Of a stretch of 60,854 bases of DNA, positions 46,507 to 55,032 are shown one piece after another. Made by a program: the position numbers and the translations under genes. This DNA comes from Bdellovibrionales bacterium RIFOXYD12_FULL_39_22 (GTDB taxonomy: Bacteria; Bdellovibrionota; Bacteriovoracia; Bacteriovoracales; Bacteriovoracaceae). The notes under the pieces are model-generated. The model was not told the origin of the DNA. It saw only the letters and a program-made list of their open reading frames with translations, and searched no databases. Within the stretch, counting starts at the first letter, position 1; every line of letters starts with the position of its first letter. Where the stretch lies: contig MEQL01000004.1 of assembly GCA_001770205.1 (NCBI GenBank), positions 1 through 60,854 on the forward strand. Reading direction: 5' to 3'.

Positions 46507-48612
46507 CTAGTTTTTAAAAATTCCCATTGGTATGTTGTAGCCTTTGCGTTCAAGTGATTCAATAAACTTGGGAATAAATCCAGATGATTGGTGTTTGCCC
46601 TTGATTTTCCCTTTATTGTCAAAACCCTCTTGCTTGAAAAGAAAAATATCTTGAAGGGTAACGACATCGCCTTGCATTCCGCCCAGTTCCGTTATGTGAG
46701 TAACTTTGCGTGAGCCATCTTCAAGGCGACTTTGTTGCACGATTATGTGGACAGAGCTAGCAATCATTTCGCGAATTGATTTGGGAGAAAGCGCGGTACC
46801 GGCATATTGTACTAGAGTTTCTAAACGGCCAATACATTCACGCGGATTATTGGAGTGTACAGTAGTCATAGAGCCATCATGTCCGGTACCCATGGCCTGT
46901 AACATATCCAAAGTTTCTCCTCCGCGACACTCTCCTACTAGAATTCGATCTGGACGCATTCGTAACGTCTGCTTAACAAGACAGCGAATATCAATAGCAC
47001 CCTGTCCATCTAATGAAGGAGGTCTCGTTTCTAATCGAACAATATGATCTTGTGGAAGGGATAGTTCGGCGGAATCTTCGCAAGTGATGATTCGCTCATT
47101 GGACGGAATGAATCCGGCCAGCACATTAATGAGTGTGGTTTTACCAGAACCGGTACCACCACTTACAACGATGTTGCGTTTTCCTTCAACCGCAATGCGT
47201 AGAAAATCGGCCATCTCTTGAGTCATTGAGCCAAATTTTACCAAGTCTTTATAAGTAATGCGGTTTTCTGGAAATTTTCGAATAGTGATAGTACAGCCAT
47301 CTATGGCCGAAGGCGGAATGATGGCATGCACTCTTGAACCATTGGCCAGGCGAGCATCCACGTAGGGCGTTTTCTCATCAATTCTTCTACCAATGGGGGC
47401 CACAATTCTTTCGATAACGTTGAGTACTTGGCGATCGTTGGTGAAGGTGATGTCTGATTTTTTCACTTTGCCGCTTTTTTCGTAAAATATTTTATAGGGC
47501 CCACAGACCATAATCTCTGAACACTCCTTATCGGCGAGTAGATCCTCTAGTGGCCCCAGTGCCAAGGCCTCATCTAAAATTTCTTTAACAATTTGATTTA
47601 AATCTTCTCTGCTATTGATTATTCCTTTAACGTCTTCTTTGTTCAGTAGTTCGACAACCATTTTTTTAGTTTGCTCGCGCAAAATTAATTTGGCGCGCGG
47701 ATCATTATCATTGTTGGCCTTCATATCCATTTCATCAACCAAGGTTTTGTGAATTCGGCTTTTTAAATCTATCCAGGGTTGATGAGATGATTTTTTTTCA
47801 CCATCACTATTGCTTGCCTCCGTGCTTTTTTTGGATGAAGCGTCGTTGGGTTTTACTAGCGCCTCTAGAGTTTTAAGAACATTTTTTTGAATTAATTTGC
47901 GCACACACTCTGTAACGGCCTTGGCATATAAACTTCCCTTGGCCACATTCATAATAACTTGCGATTTATTCAACGCATCCACGCAAGTCTTTTCATCTTT
48001 GTTGATAAGCGTAAAGATTGGTTTGCCTAAATTTTTGCTAACTAATTCTGGAGTAACCGGATGGCCCTTCTCATAATTATTTAGTATCACCTGTACCATG
48101 TCTTTGGGAAAAAGAGAGGTTATTAGCTCTTGATTAATTCGTCGCCCTTGAGATACCGCTAAAATATCTGGCGTTGTCACTAAAAAAATTAAAGTTGAGT
48201 ATTCCAGCGCTTTAAGGGCCAGTGGATTTAATTCGCTACCAACATCGATGATGGTTATGGGATAGAGATTGGTTATGGTTTTTAAAGTTTTTCCCATTCC
48301 TTCTATACTGACACTTTCGGCCAGTAGCTTTTCTGCAGGCATGGAAACAAAAGATACGTTTCCTTGTAAAGAGACAAAAGTAGGAAATGTTTTAGGATCA
48401 ATTACTCCTTGAAAATCGGATAATTCTTTTAGATTTTTTTTGGATTTTATTCCAGTGATCAGAGAGAGATCCCCCGCCGCCTGTTGATCAAAATCAAATA
48501 GCATGATTTTGGCCTTAACTTCTTCGGCGTAGGCAAAGGCCAAATTGGCGGCAAAAACGGATTTGCCAACCCCTCCTTTCCCACCGATGATACTTATTAT
48601 GTGTCCGGCCAT
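46507..48612 (-). CDS. tadA: TadZ/CpaE-like ParA/MinD domain fused to TadA/CpaF ATPase
   Basis: N-terminal GGKGGVGKS; C-terminal GGTGSGKTT, LRMRPDRILVGECRG and GTGHDGSMTTVH. Confidence 0.92.
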   Translation of the reverse strand: MAGHIISIIGGKGGVGKSVFAANLAFAYAEEVKAKIMLFDFDQQAAGDLSLITGIKSKKNLKELSDFQGVIDPKTFPTFVSLQGNVSFVSMPAEKLLAESVSIEGMGKTLKTITNLYPITIIDVGSELNPLALKALEYSTLIFLVTTPDILAVSQGRRINQELITSLFPKDMVQVILNNYEKGHPVTPELVSKNLGKPIFTLINKDEKTCVDALNKSQVIMNVAKGSLYAKAVTECVRKLIQKNVLKTLEALVKPNDASSKKSTEASNSDGEKKSSHQPWIDLKSRIHKTLVDEMDMKANNDNDPRAKLILREQTKKMVVELLNKEDVKGIINSREDLNQIVKEILDEALALGPLEDLLADKECSEIMVCGPYKIFYEKSGKVKKSDITFTNDRQVLNVIERIVAPIGRRIDEKTPYVDARLANGSRVHAIIPPSAIDGCTITIRKFPENRITYKDLVKFGSMTQEMADFLRIAVEGKRNIVVSGGTGSGKTTLINVLAGFIPSNERIITCEDSAELSLPQDHIVRLETRPPSLDGQGAIDIRCLVKQTLRMRPDRILVGECRGGETLDMLQAMGTGHDGSMTTVHSNNPRECIGRLETLVQYAGTALSPKSIREMIASSVHIIVQQSRLEDGSRKVTHITELGGMQGDVVTLQDIFLFKQEGFDNKGKIKGKHQSSGFIPKFIESLERKGYNIPMGIFKN

Positions 48613-48618
48613 TATTTT

Positions 48619-50163
48619 TTACCTCGTTCTCTTTCTGAATTTTTTCATTATATCCTCGGTACCAATAGATGCCGATTCAATAATCTCAGGAGTAACAAAA
48701 ACTACGAATTGACTGCGATTAGATAATTGTTGCTTGGAGCGCAAAAAAGAAAATAAGGCGTATGGTTTTTCTTCTCCATCCTTACCTGCAACTCCACTGT
48801 CGGGCTCATCCTTGTCGTAATCAGTGGCACTGTTTTTTACGACGACTCCTCCGATAACTGCGGATTCTTTGGATTTTACCACTACTACGGTGTTGACACT
48901 GTTGGTTAATTCCTCTGGCTTATCTCCTCCATAAACTGATTTTACATCCACCGTCAGATTATCTAACTTGATTGCCTCATCTTTAATTATTTCAGGAGTA
49001 ACTTGAATTTTAAACATAGATTCGGCAGTTCCTACCTTTTGGGCATCGCCCTCTCCTAACACAAATGGCTTGGTTCCCTTCTTTTGAATAGTGGCAGTTT
49101 TTTTCTCTGTTACCACTACCACTCCCGATTGAATAATGCGTGCATGGCCAGCACTTTTGGCCGCCGCTAGCCGGGGAAAAAGATTAGAGATGGTGCCGGC
49201 CAAAGTTCCATTGCGAGATTTAGAGTCAATACTGCCACCATCTGTTCGGCCAAAGTTTATATATCCACTGTTGGGATCCATCATGGGATTCCAACGGAAG
49301 CCAAAGAACTTGGCGTACTCTTTAGTCAGTTGCACAAATTGAGCAGAGACTTTAATTAATTTTGGCAAGGATGGATTCTGTGGTTTTTCAATTACGGCAA
49401 TAAAATTTTCAATAGGCTTCATTACTTTTTTAGCATATCGATCACCGCCACTAGATTTAGCAATAGGATCTAGCGAATCAGGTAAATAGGCCGCAGCAAT
49501 TACCTCTGCTTTGGTTTTATCGTCAGGATTTTCTACTGTGCCCTCCAGCCAAAATCGGTTATTGACCACACGAGCAGTGACGTTTTTTAGGCCGGAACCG
49601 GTTAACTCTTCTTGCATCTTTTTTGCGATTATCACTTTTGACTGAGGGGCCAACTCAACTAATAGAATCAGATCCGTAACATTTAGAGCGGTCAGCACGG
49701 TACTAATTTTACCAATATCAGTAGGTACAATTATTTCTCCCCCGATATAAATTTTGTCTGCCTTAACTCCAATCTCTAAACCCTCAACATCCCCTAAATA
49801 CTCTTGTAGCTGTTCAATAGTTTTTGACAAGGAATTAGAAACGACTGTTGCTTCAATGATCATCTTTTCATCACCAACATTGTTTCTGATACGCACAACC
49901 GTTTTTCCTGGCTTTTTGCCTTTTAAAATCAGTTCTTTTTTTACGGGAACAAAAGTAAAAGTTATAACGCTGGGATCTATTATTTCAATATATTTGGGCT
50001 CAGTAACAAAATCCAATTTGATAATATCACTCCCAACTCCCATGGGGACTTCCACCTTCACCGTGGTAGCACCACTTTCATTAGTTGTCGTATCGGCTAC
50101 TTGTGCTTTGGCGAAAGTAATTGCAAGAAAAGAAACAAATGTGGCAAGCAATACTAGTCTAAT
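48619..50163 (-). CDS. cpaC: Tad secretin RcpA/CpaC with BON-like domain
   Basis: N-terminal pilus-formation domain (LKGKKPGKT), WLEGTV BON-like segment, secretin core ending FVVFVTPEII; start either TTG 50151 or ATT 50163. Confidence 0.8.
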   Translation of the reverse strand: MRLVLLATFVSFLAITFAKAQVADTTTNESGATTVKVEVPMGVGSDIIKLDFVTEPKYIEIIDPSVITFTFVPVKKELILKGKKPGKTVVRIRNNVGDEKMIIEATVVSNSLSKTIEQLQEYLGDVEGLEIGVKADKIYIGGEIIVPTDIGKISTVLTALNVTDLILLVELAPQSKVIIAKKMQEELTGSGLKNVTARVVNNRFWLEGTVENPDDKTKAEVIAAAYLPDSLDPIAKSSGGDRYAKKVMKPIENFIAVIEKPQNPSLPKLIKVSAQFVQLTKEYAKFFGFRWNPMMDPNSGYINFGRTDGGSIDSKSRNGTLAGTISNLFPRLAAAKSAGHARIIQSGVVVVTEKKTATIQKKGTKPFVLGEGDAQKVGTAESMFKIQVTPEIIKDEAIKLDNLTVDVKSVYGGDKPEELTNSVNTVVVVKSKESAVIGGVVVKNSATDYDKDEPDSGVAGKDGEEKPYALFSFLRSKQQLSNRSQFVVFVTPEIIESASIGTEDIMKKFRKRTR

Positions 50164-50184
50164 AGAAATTCTCCTTGAGAATGA

Positions 50185-50994
50185 TTATTCCTGTTTATAC
50201 TTTTCCATGAAAAATTTCTTAGCATCCAATTTTTCTTCATCGCCCAAAAGATCAAAAATACTCGTAGAATTTATTCGTTGTTGTTCTTTATCAACGTTGT
50301 TTCGTAAGGACAGATAAATGCGTCCACCGGAACTGTAGGTTTGAATATAAATTAATTTTTGCACATCATATGGACTTAACTCCAGCGTGATGTTGTTGTA
50401 CTCGGTATATACATTTAGCTTCATCTCTTTAATGGCGCGAGTGGTTTCTACTCCGATTAGTGGAATGGAGTTTGTAATGCTTTTTCCGGTGGATAGTACT
50501 AGTACATCTTGAATGATTGTCTTAATTTTTTTTTGGTCGTTTCGAGTATCAAAGGCCACCGGTGCAATTACATCTACGCGATCCCCTGGTTTAATCAATT
50601 TCCCAACCGCTTGATCATCACCAATTGAAATGGCAATAGCGCGTTTACCGGCAGTGACTTGTCGGGCCAGACCGGTTTTGGCGTCAGGATAAGTAACGCG
50701 AGGTTTGGTAATTATTTCGCCCTTTAAAATGGGTACAGCGGCAACTACATTTTTTAATTCCTCAAAGCCGGTGAAAGCATGTTCAGAAACATAGTTACTG
50801 GGCATTTGGATTGATTGTAATTTAGTATCGTCAATCATCTCTAGTTCTTGAATGTCTTGCTTGGCAACAACGACAGTTTTCATATCGCCATATTTCCGTT
50901 TCATTGCATCTTCCTTGTCACTGATGTAGGTGATGACCATAAACATGGCCACGACAGAGATGACTAGTGCAAAGGTAAACGCTCGGGTATTCAT
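50185..50994 (-). CDS. cpaB: Flp pilus assembly protein CpaB/RcpC
   Basis: VVVAKQDI SAF domain; GKRAIAI..VGKLIKPGDRVDVI. Confidence 0.92.
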   Translation of the reverse strand: MNTRAFTFALVISVVAMFMVITYISDKEDAMKRKYGDMKTVVVAKQDIQELEMIDDTKLQSIQMPSNYVSEHAFTGFEELKNVVAAVPILKGEIITKPRVTYPDAKTGLARQVTAGKRAIAISIGDDQAVGKLIKPGDRVDVIAPVAFDTRNDQKKIKTIIQDVLVLSTGKSITNSIPLIGVETTRAIKEMKLNVYTEYNNITLELSPYDVQKLIYIQTYSSGGRIYLSLRNNVDKEQQRINSTSIFDLLGDEEKLDAKKFFMEKYKQE

Positions 50995-51101
50995 ATATGA
51001 TCCTCACTGCTACAATCTGTTTGCTATTGATATATTATCAAAGGATTGAAGATAAATGTATGGATGGAAGTTTTGGCCTACTTGACAGTGGCCGGTGCTA
51101 C

Positions 51102-51644
51102 CTACGGAGCGGAAGTTAGTCGACAACCGCTATGAGGATTTCCTGTTTCAAAGTGATCGCGGGCAAAAATACCAGGGGCGAGGAGTCGATAACTGGTACT
51201 GCATAAACCGAAAACAGTAGTTGGTTTGATAAAATTAGTAGTTGGTGAGGAGCGATCATTGCATTTTTCGGGAGCTTCCCCAGCAAAAAGCTTCATCTCA
51301 TAGCAGGCCGCCAAAGGAGTGGTTGTTTGACCGGTATCTTCCATTGTTGTCCAGCCAATCATATCCATGCCGGCATATTTAATACCTCCGCCAGCAAAGG
51401 TCAGAAGGTCGTTTATGTCAGAAGACATGGAGTTGTAGCGATTGAGTTGGAAAAAATAACCGCGCACCACCTTTTGTTGATTGATGGAACCATTAATTGC
51501 TGAGGAAACAGTTATGAGTAAGTAATAAAGCAAGATCATTACTGGTAAGAAAGCGATAAATTCAAAGATGGCCTGGCCTTGATGATTTATTAAAAAGATA
51601 TTTTGCCAACACCTGGATCTTTGTTTTTTTTTATGTCTTTTCAT
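51102..51644 (-). CDS. TadE-like minor pilin
   Basis: Prepilin motif GQAIFEFIAFLP followed by a hydrophobic helix. Confidence 0.7.
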   Translation of the reverse strand: MKRHKKKQRSRCWQNIFLINHQGQAIFEFIAFLPVMILLYYLLITVSSAINGSINQQKVVRGYFFQLNRYNSMSSDINDLLTFAGGGIKYAGMDMIGWTTMEDTGQTTTPLAACYEMKLFAGEAPEKCNDRSSPTTNFIKPTTVFGLCSTSYRLLAPGIFARDHFETGNPHSGCRLTSAP

Positions 51645-52178
51645 CTAACATCCATCATCGTAAAAAGTAGCAAAATAATCTGGACATCCTCCTCCGTTGG
51701 GCAGTTCCATTGCTTTGCAGATACGGGAAAGACATTCGGCCCTTGAAGGAATTCGTCCTAAAAAAGATTCAGAGGCCATATTCAAATCAATTTGTCCGCC
51801 AATCATGGGAACTGTGGAAAATTTTGTTTTATATTTATAAAATAATCCAACAAAAACATTAGGCCCATCTTCGGGAGAGTTTATTACTAATCGTCCTCCA
51901 TTATCAGGTATAAAAGAATTTATTCTAAATTTTTCGAAAACTTCATTAGCAACGGCCCGCGCCGTTTCATCTCCCGCGCGTGCAGTATTGGAGTTATCAT
52001 CAGACACTAGGTATGCGCGTGAGGCCATGAAGGTGGCATAGTGAACTAAATGGCCATTGGTAATATTATAAGCGACATTGAAAAAAACGAAAATGATGCC
52101 AAAGGAGTAGATAAAGCAAAGCAAAAACTCAATAGTTGATTGGCCACTCCTTCCCATTATTATTTTCTTCCTATTCAT
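51645..52178 (-). CDS. tadE: TadE-like minor pilin
   Basis: GQSTIEFLL and YATFMASRA motifs; start 52178 overlaps the upstream stop codon. Confidence 0.75.
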   Translation of the reverse strand: MNRKKIIMGRSGQSTIEFLLCFIYSFGIIFVFFNVAYNITNGHLVHYATFMASRAYLVSDDNSNTARAGDETARAVANEVFEKFRINSFIPDNGGRLVINSPEDGPNVFVGLFYKYKTKFSTVPMIGGQIDLNMASESFLGRIPSRAECLSRICKAMELPNGGGCPDYFATFYDDGC

Positions 52179-52476
52179 AACCATGCTTGTGAATAAAAAA
52201 GTGCGATTTATTTTGGCCAGAAGAATAAGTGTCATGTGTATTTCCAGCAATATTGCTTCTACTATCATCAAGCCCGGGCATCCCATGACGATAGGAGTAT
52301 TCCATATAACGAGCGTATTGTTCAATCATGGGCGCATCTGGGCCAAAGAAACTGCGGAATCCCGCACTTTTTAGGATGGAAGAGATGATCATGGCCACCA
52401 CAATAAGTAGCATAAGATATTCCATGGTTGATTGGCCTTGCTGGCCAATTTTAGCAAATACATTTTTTTTCTTCAC
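52171..52476 (-). CDS. pilin-like protein (Flp/class III signal)
   Basis: GQSTMEYLMLLIVVAMII; probable GTG start at 52476. Confidence 0.7.
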   Translation of the reverse strand: MKKKNVFAKIGQQGQSTMEYLMLLIVVAMIISSILKSAGFRSFFGPDAPMIEQYARYMEYSYRHGMPGLDDSRSNIAGNTHDTYSSGQNKSHFFIHKHGYE

Positions 52477-52478
52477 GC

Positions 52479-52988
52479 TCAATGGATCTTTCCTTGATTC
52501 ATCCATCCCCATAACATCCACGCCAAAAGTATGACTGGTGCAAATGGAAACTTGCGCACTCCTACTTTAAAGAGAGCGCTAAATTTTCTCATCTTCAATA
52601 GTACTATCATTTCAGAAAAGTTGGAGAAAAAATTAATTAGCAGATTTATTATACTGACCAGAATGGTCACATAAAGAAGTAAAAGAAAAAAATCGTAATG
52701 AAAATTAAGTGGGATGGTTAAAAAAAAGGTTGAGATGTACTTAACATCGCCGGCACCGGCAATGGATAAAAGATAGAGTAGATATCCAGTTGTGCCAATG
52801 GAGATTGGATAAAGTAGGTAGCTATACCAGGGGCCAGTAAATAGGGCCCCGCCTCCCGCCATTGCCACTCCCCAAAACAGGAAATTTAGAAGTGGCCAGT
52901 AGTTGGAAATTTTTCGAGTTTTAATATCGAGCAAGGAGATTATGGCCAAGATAAAAAGTTGTCCGACATAGATGGCCAATAGAGACAT
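52479..52988 (-). CDS. tadV: prepilin peptidase TadV/CpaA (A24 family)
   Basis: DIKTRKISN, GAGDVK and FPFAPVI motifs; multi-pass membrane protein. Confidence 0.88.
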   Translation of the reverse strand: MSLLAIYVGQLFILAIISLLDIKTRKISNYWPLLNFLFWGVAMAGGGALFTGPWYSYLLYPISIGTTGYLLYLLSIAGAGDVKYISTFFLTIPLNFHYDFFLLLLYVTILVSIINLLINFFSNFSEMIVLLKMRKFSALFKVGVRKFPFAPVILLAWMLWGWMNQGKIH

Positions 52989-52990
52989 GG

Positions 52991-53206
52991 CTATTTATTC
53001 CCAAAATCATTAAAAAAACAATTACGTTCACAGACCCCGGTGGCCAGATGGCGAGAAAAGATATTTCCAAAATTACCAACTGCTTCGTCAAAGTAGGTAG
53101 TAATAGTCTTTAGCATATTGACGGTAATGATAGAGATAATGGCAAATAGTAAAATATATTCAACAAGTGCTTGGCCAGCAGAGGCCTTAATTTTTCGATG
53201 ACTCAT
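52991..53206 (-). CDS. Flp-like pilin
   Basis: GQALVEYILLFAII. Confidence 0.75.
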   Translation of the reverse strand: MSHRKIKASAGQALVEYILLFAIISIITVNMLKTITTYFDEAVGNFGNIFSRHLATGVCERNCFFNDFGNK

Positions 53207-53214
53207 ATTTAAAA

Positions 53215-53243
53215 ATTATAACTGGAAACGAGGTGGTTCGCAA
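53215..53243 (-). promoter_or_regulatory. sigma70 promoter with little or no leader
   Basis: TTGCGA-N17-TATAAT, 8 nt before ATG 53206. Confidence 0.55.
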
Positions 53244-53292
53244 TTGGTGGTAGATTATAACAAGAAGAGATGTCAGTGCGCGGAGATATCTT

Positions 53293-53475
53293 CTATTTCA
53301 TCTCTTGTGCAATACCATCTATCTTATCGAAGACGTTTGCGGTTATTTGTTCCAATCGACTAACTGCTACGTCTTTAAATTTTACAACAATTAAAACTAC
53401 CACCACCACCAGTAAGATGTACTCTGTGGAAGTCTGTCCCTCTTCATCTTTTAAAAAACTGATGAATTTATTCAT
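53293..53475 (-). CDS. flp: Flp major pilin
   Basis: FLKDEEGQTSTEYILLVVVV Flp motif; 60 aa; GGGGAAGG RBS. Confidence 0.9.
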   Translation of the reverse strand: MNKFISFLKDEEGQTSTEYILLVVVVVLIVVKFKDVAVSRLEQITANVFDKIDGIAQEMK

Positions 53476-53508
53476 TCCTTCCCCCTTCAAATACCTTGTT
53501 CGCATACA

Positions 53509-53536
53509 TCTTCGGTATAATCTCATCAACACTTTA
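53509..53536 (-). promoter_or_regulatory. putative sigma28-type promoter of flp
   Basis: TAAAG-N15-ACCGAAGA. Confidence 0.5.
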
Positions 53537-53669
53537 CCAATCTCCTAAGAAATCGAAAAAGTGCTAAAATATCAACTAGATATATTATAACACCGCTGTG
53601 CGTCACACGCAACTAATTTTGCCCCTTTTACACTATTACCTAATAAAATTAGATCATTATTAATATTGA

Positions 53670-53698
53670 TTGAGCACTATTTCACAATGGAGTATAAT
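53670..53698 (+). promoter_or_regulatory. sigma70 promoter of the ncRNA
   Basis: TTGAGC-N17-TATAAT, 7 nt before the RNA 5' end. Confidence 0.7.
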
Positions 53699-53705
53699 CG
53701 TCACT

Positions 53706-53891
53706 GGGTCTAGTAGTTGGCATATTAATTATTCGCCCTACTAAGCGTAATAAAGGGAGTGGTCCCTGATCATGGTGAGCAAGCTCACAAGTTTTAAACT
53801 TATAGTGAGAAGCCTAAAGTGATTACAACTGCACCCACCTGTCAAACGGCGGGCGGAATAGATTCAAGAACGCCATATCAAAACTAGGCCC
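53706..53891 (+). ncRNA. ssrS: 6S RNA
   Basis: 186-nt rod-like fold: 5' GGGTCTAGT pairs with 3' ACTAGGCCC and TATTCGCCC pairs with GGGCGGAATA; 6S-like GCACCCACCTG...CGGG...TTCAAG 3' arm; own promoter and trailing T7. Confidence 0.75.
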
Positions 53892-53936
53892 TTTTTTTCA
53901 CTCACCCCCCTCTTCTTTCTCTGCGTAATTAAACTA

Positions 53937-53965
53937 TTGACAGGCGTGTTTACATCCAGCATCAT
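53937..53965 (+). promoter_or_regulatory. sigma70 promoter, probably leaderless
   Basis: TTGACA-N17-CATCAT, 6 nt before ATG 53972, no SD sequence. Confidence 0.5.
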
Positions 53966-53971
53966 TTTAGT

Positions 53972-54514
53972 ATGGATTTTGATCTGCAACCCCAAGAGAT
54001 TTCAACGACTTGGATAGAAAATTTGGCCTTAGAAGAGCTCAATATGGAGGAGTCGGGAGTTATTCACTTCGCAGATAATTTCAGTCCAGTTCACCACCTA
54101 GAAGAGGCCTCTATTGAGTTTATGGATAATCTTCGTGATCGTTTTGAAATCTACATAACCAAGTTTAATGAATTCAGGGGAAACAATAGTGCCGGTGATC
54201 AGGTACGTGTTTTTAAAATTTCTAATACCATAAATGATTTTATGGTCTATCGCAATTCGTTGCGCTTGATTGTGGCACGCAAGGCAAATGACCTGATTTC
54301 AATTGGCTTTCTCTCTAGTAGCGGGGAAGTTTTTTCTCCTAAAATAAGTGCGGGCCGGAGTGCGGTAGTAGAAAACAGTAAAGTACCGCTAGAGATTATG
54401 GCCCACCTTGGGCCTTTTAATAAAATCACCTGGCGTTTTATGGGAGAAGTGGTGGAGCAAGAATCACTAGTGAAATACTGCCTTTCCGAATTTATTCGTA
54501 GCTCGGCCAGATAA
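53972..54514 (+). CDS. hypothetical protein
   Basis: 180-aa ORF with typical composition, no recognised motif. Confidence 0.7.
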   Translation: MDFDLQPQEISTTWIENLALEELNMEESGVIHFADNFSPVHHLEEASIEFMDNLRDRFEIYITKFNEFRGNNSAGDQVRVFKISNTINDFMVYRNSLRLIVARKANDLISIGFLSSSGEVFSPKISAGRSAVVENSKVPLEIMAHLGPFNKITWRFMGEVVEQESLVKYCLSEFIRSSAR

Positions 54515-54536
54515 ATTTTAAATTATATCTTTTCTA

Positions 54537-54968
54537 CTACACTGAAATTTGTTTGCGCTTATTTAATGAAATTAAAACGGAGACAATTTTATTTTGCGCT
54601 CGTCTGCTATCTCTTGCCTCATTTTCAATAGGGGCCACTAAAGTACTAAATGCCTGCTCTGCATAATCTCTAGGCACAATTCCCAGCAAGCGGCGTTGAA
54701 AATCAACACTAACTCCCTTTAAGGCAATTCCAAGAATAGGGGCGGAGATATGAGTAAAAATCTTTCTCAGGTCAACATCAGAGAGTGAAGAGAGGTTTTC
54801 AAAGGTTATGCTTCTTTCCACTAGTTCATCGGCCAGTACCGGGTTGCGAATTTTAATCTGCTTCAAAATTCGTTCGCGCTCGTCTTGTCGCAAGTATTGC
54901 ATCATCTCTATGATTTGTGCTTTGCCATTAATAAAAACTCCGGTTTGCTGCTCTGTCGTTGTGCCCAT
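54537..54968 (-). CDS. stand-alone FliG C-terminal domain protein
   Basis: NGKAQIIEM..ERERIL..NPVLADEL..TFENLSSLSDVDLRKIF..LGIALKG..AQNKIV. Confidence 0.75.
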   Translation of the reverse strand: MGTTTEQQTGVFINGKAQIIEMMQYLRQDERERILKQIKIRNPVLADELVERSITFENLSSLSDVDLRKIFTHISAPILGIALKGVSVDFQRRLLGIVPRDYAEQAFSTLVAPIENEARDSRRAQNKIVSVLISLNKRKQISV

Positions 54969-55032
54969 CTTTTTTCCCTTTTTCCTTTAACCGTTTGTGT
55001 ATTCGACTTGCCTTTAAAATATGTATCCGGCC

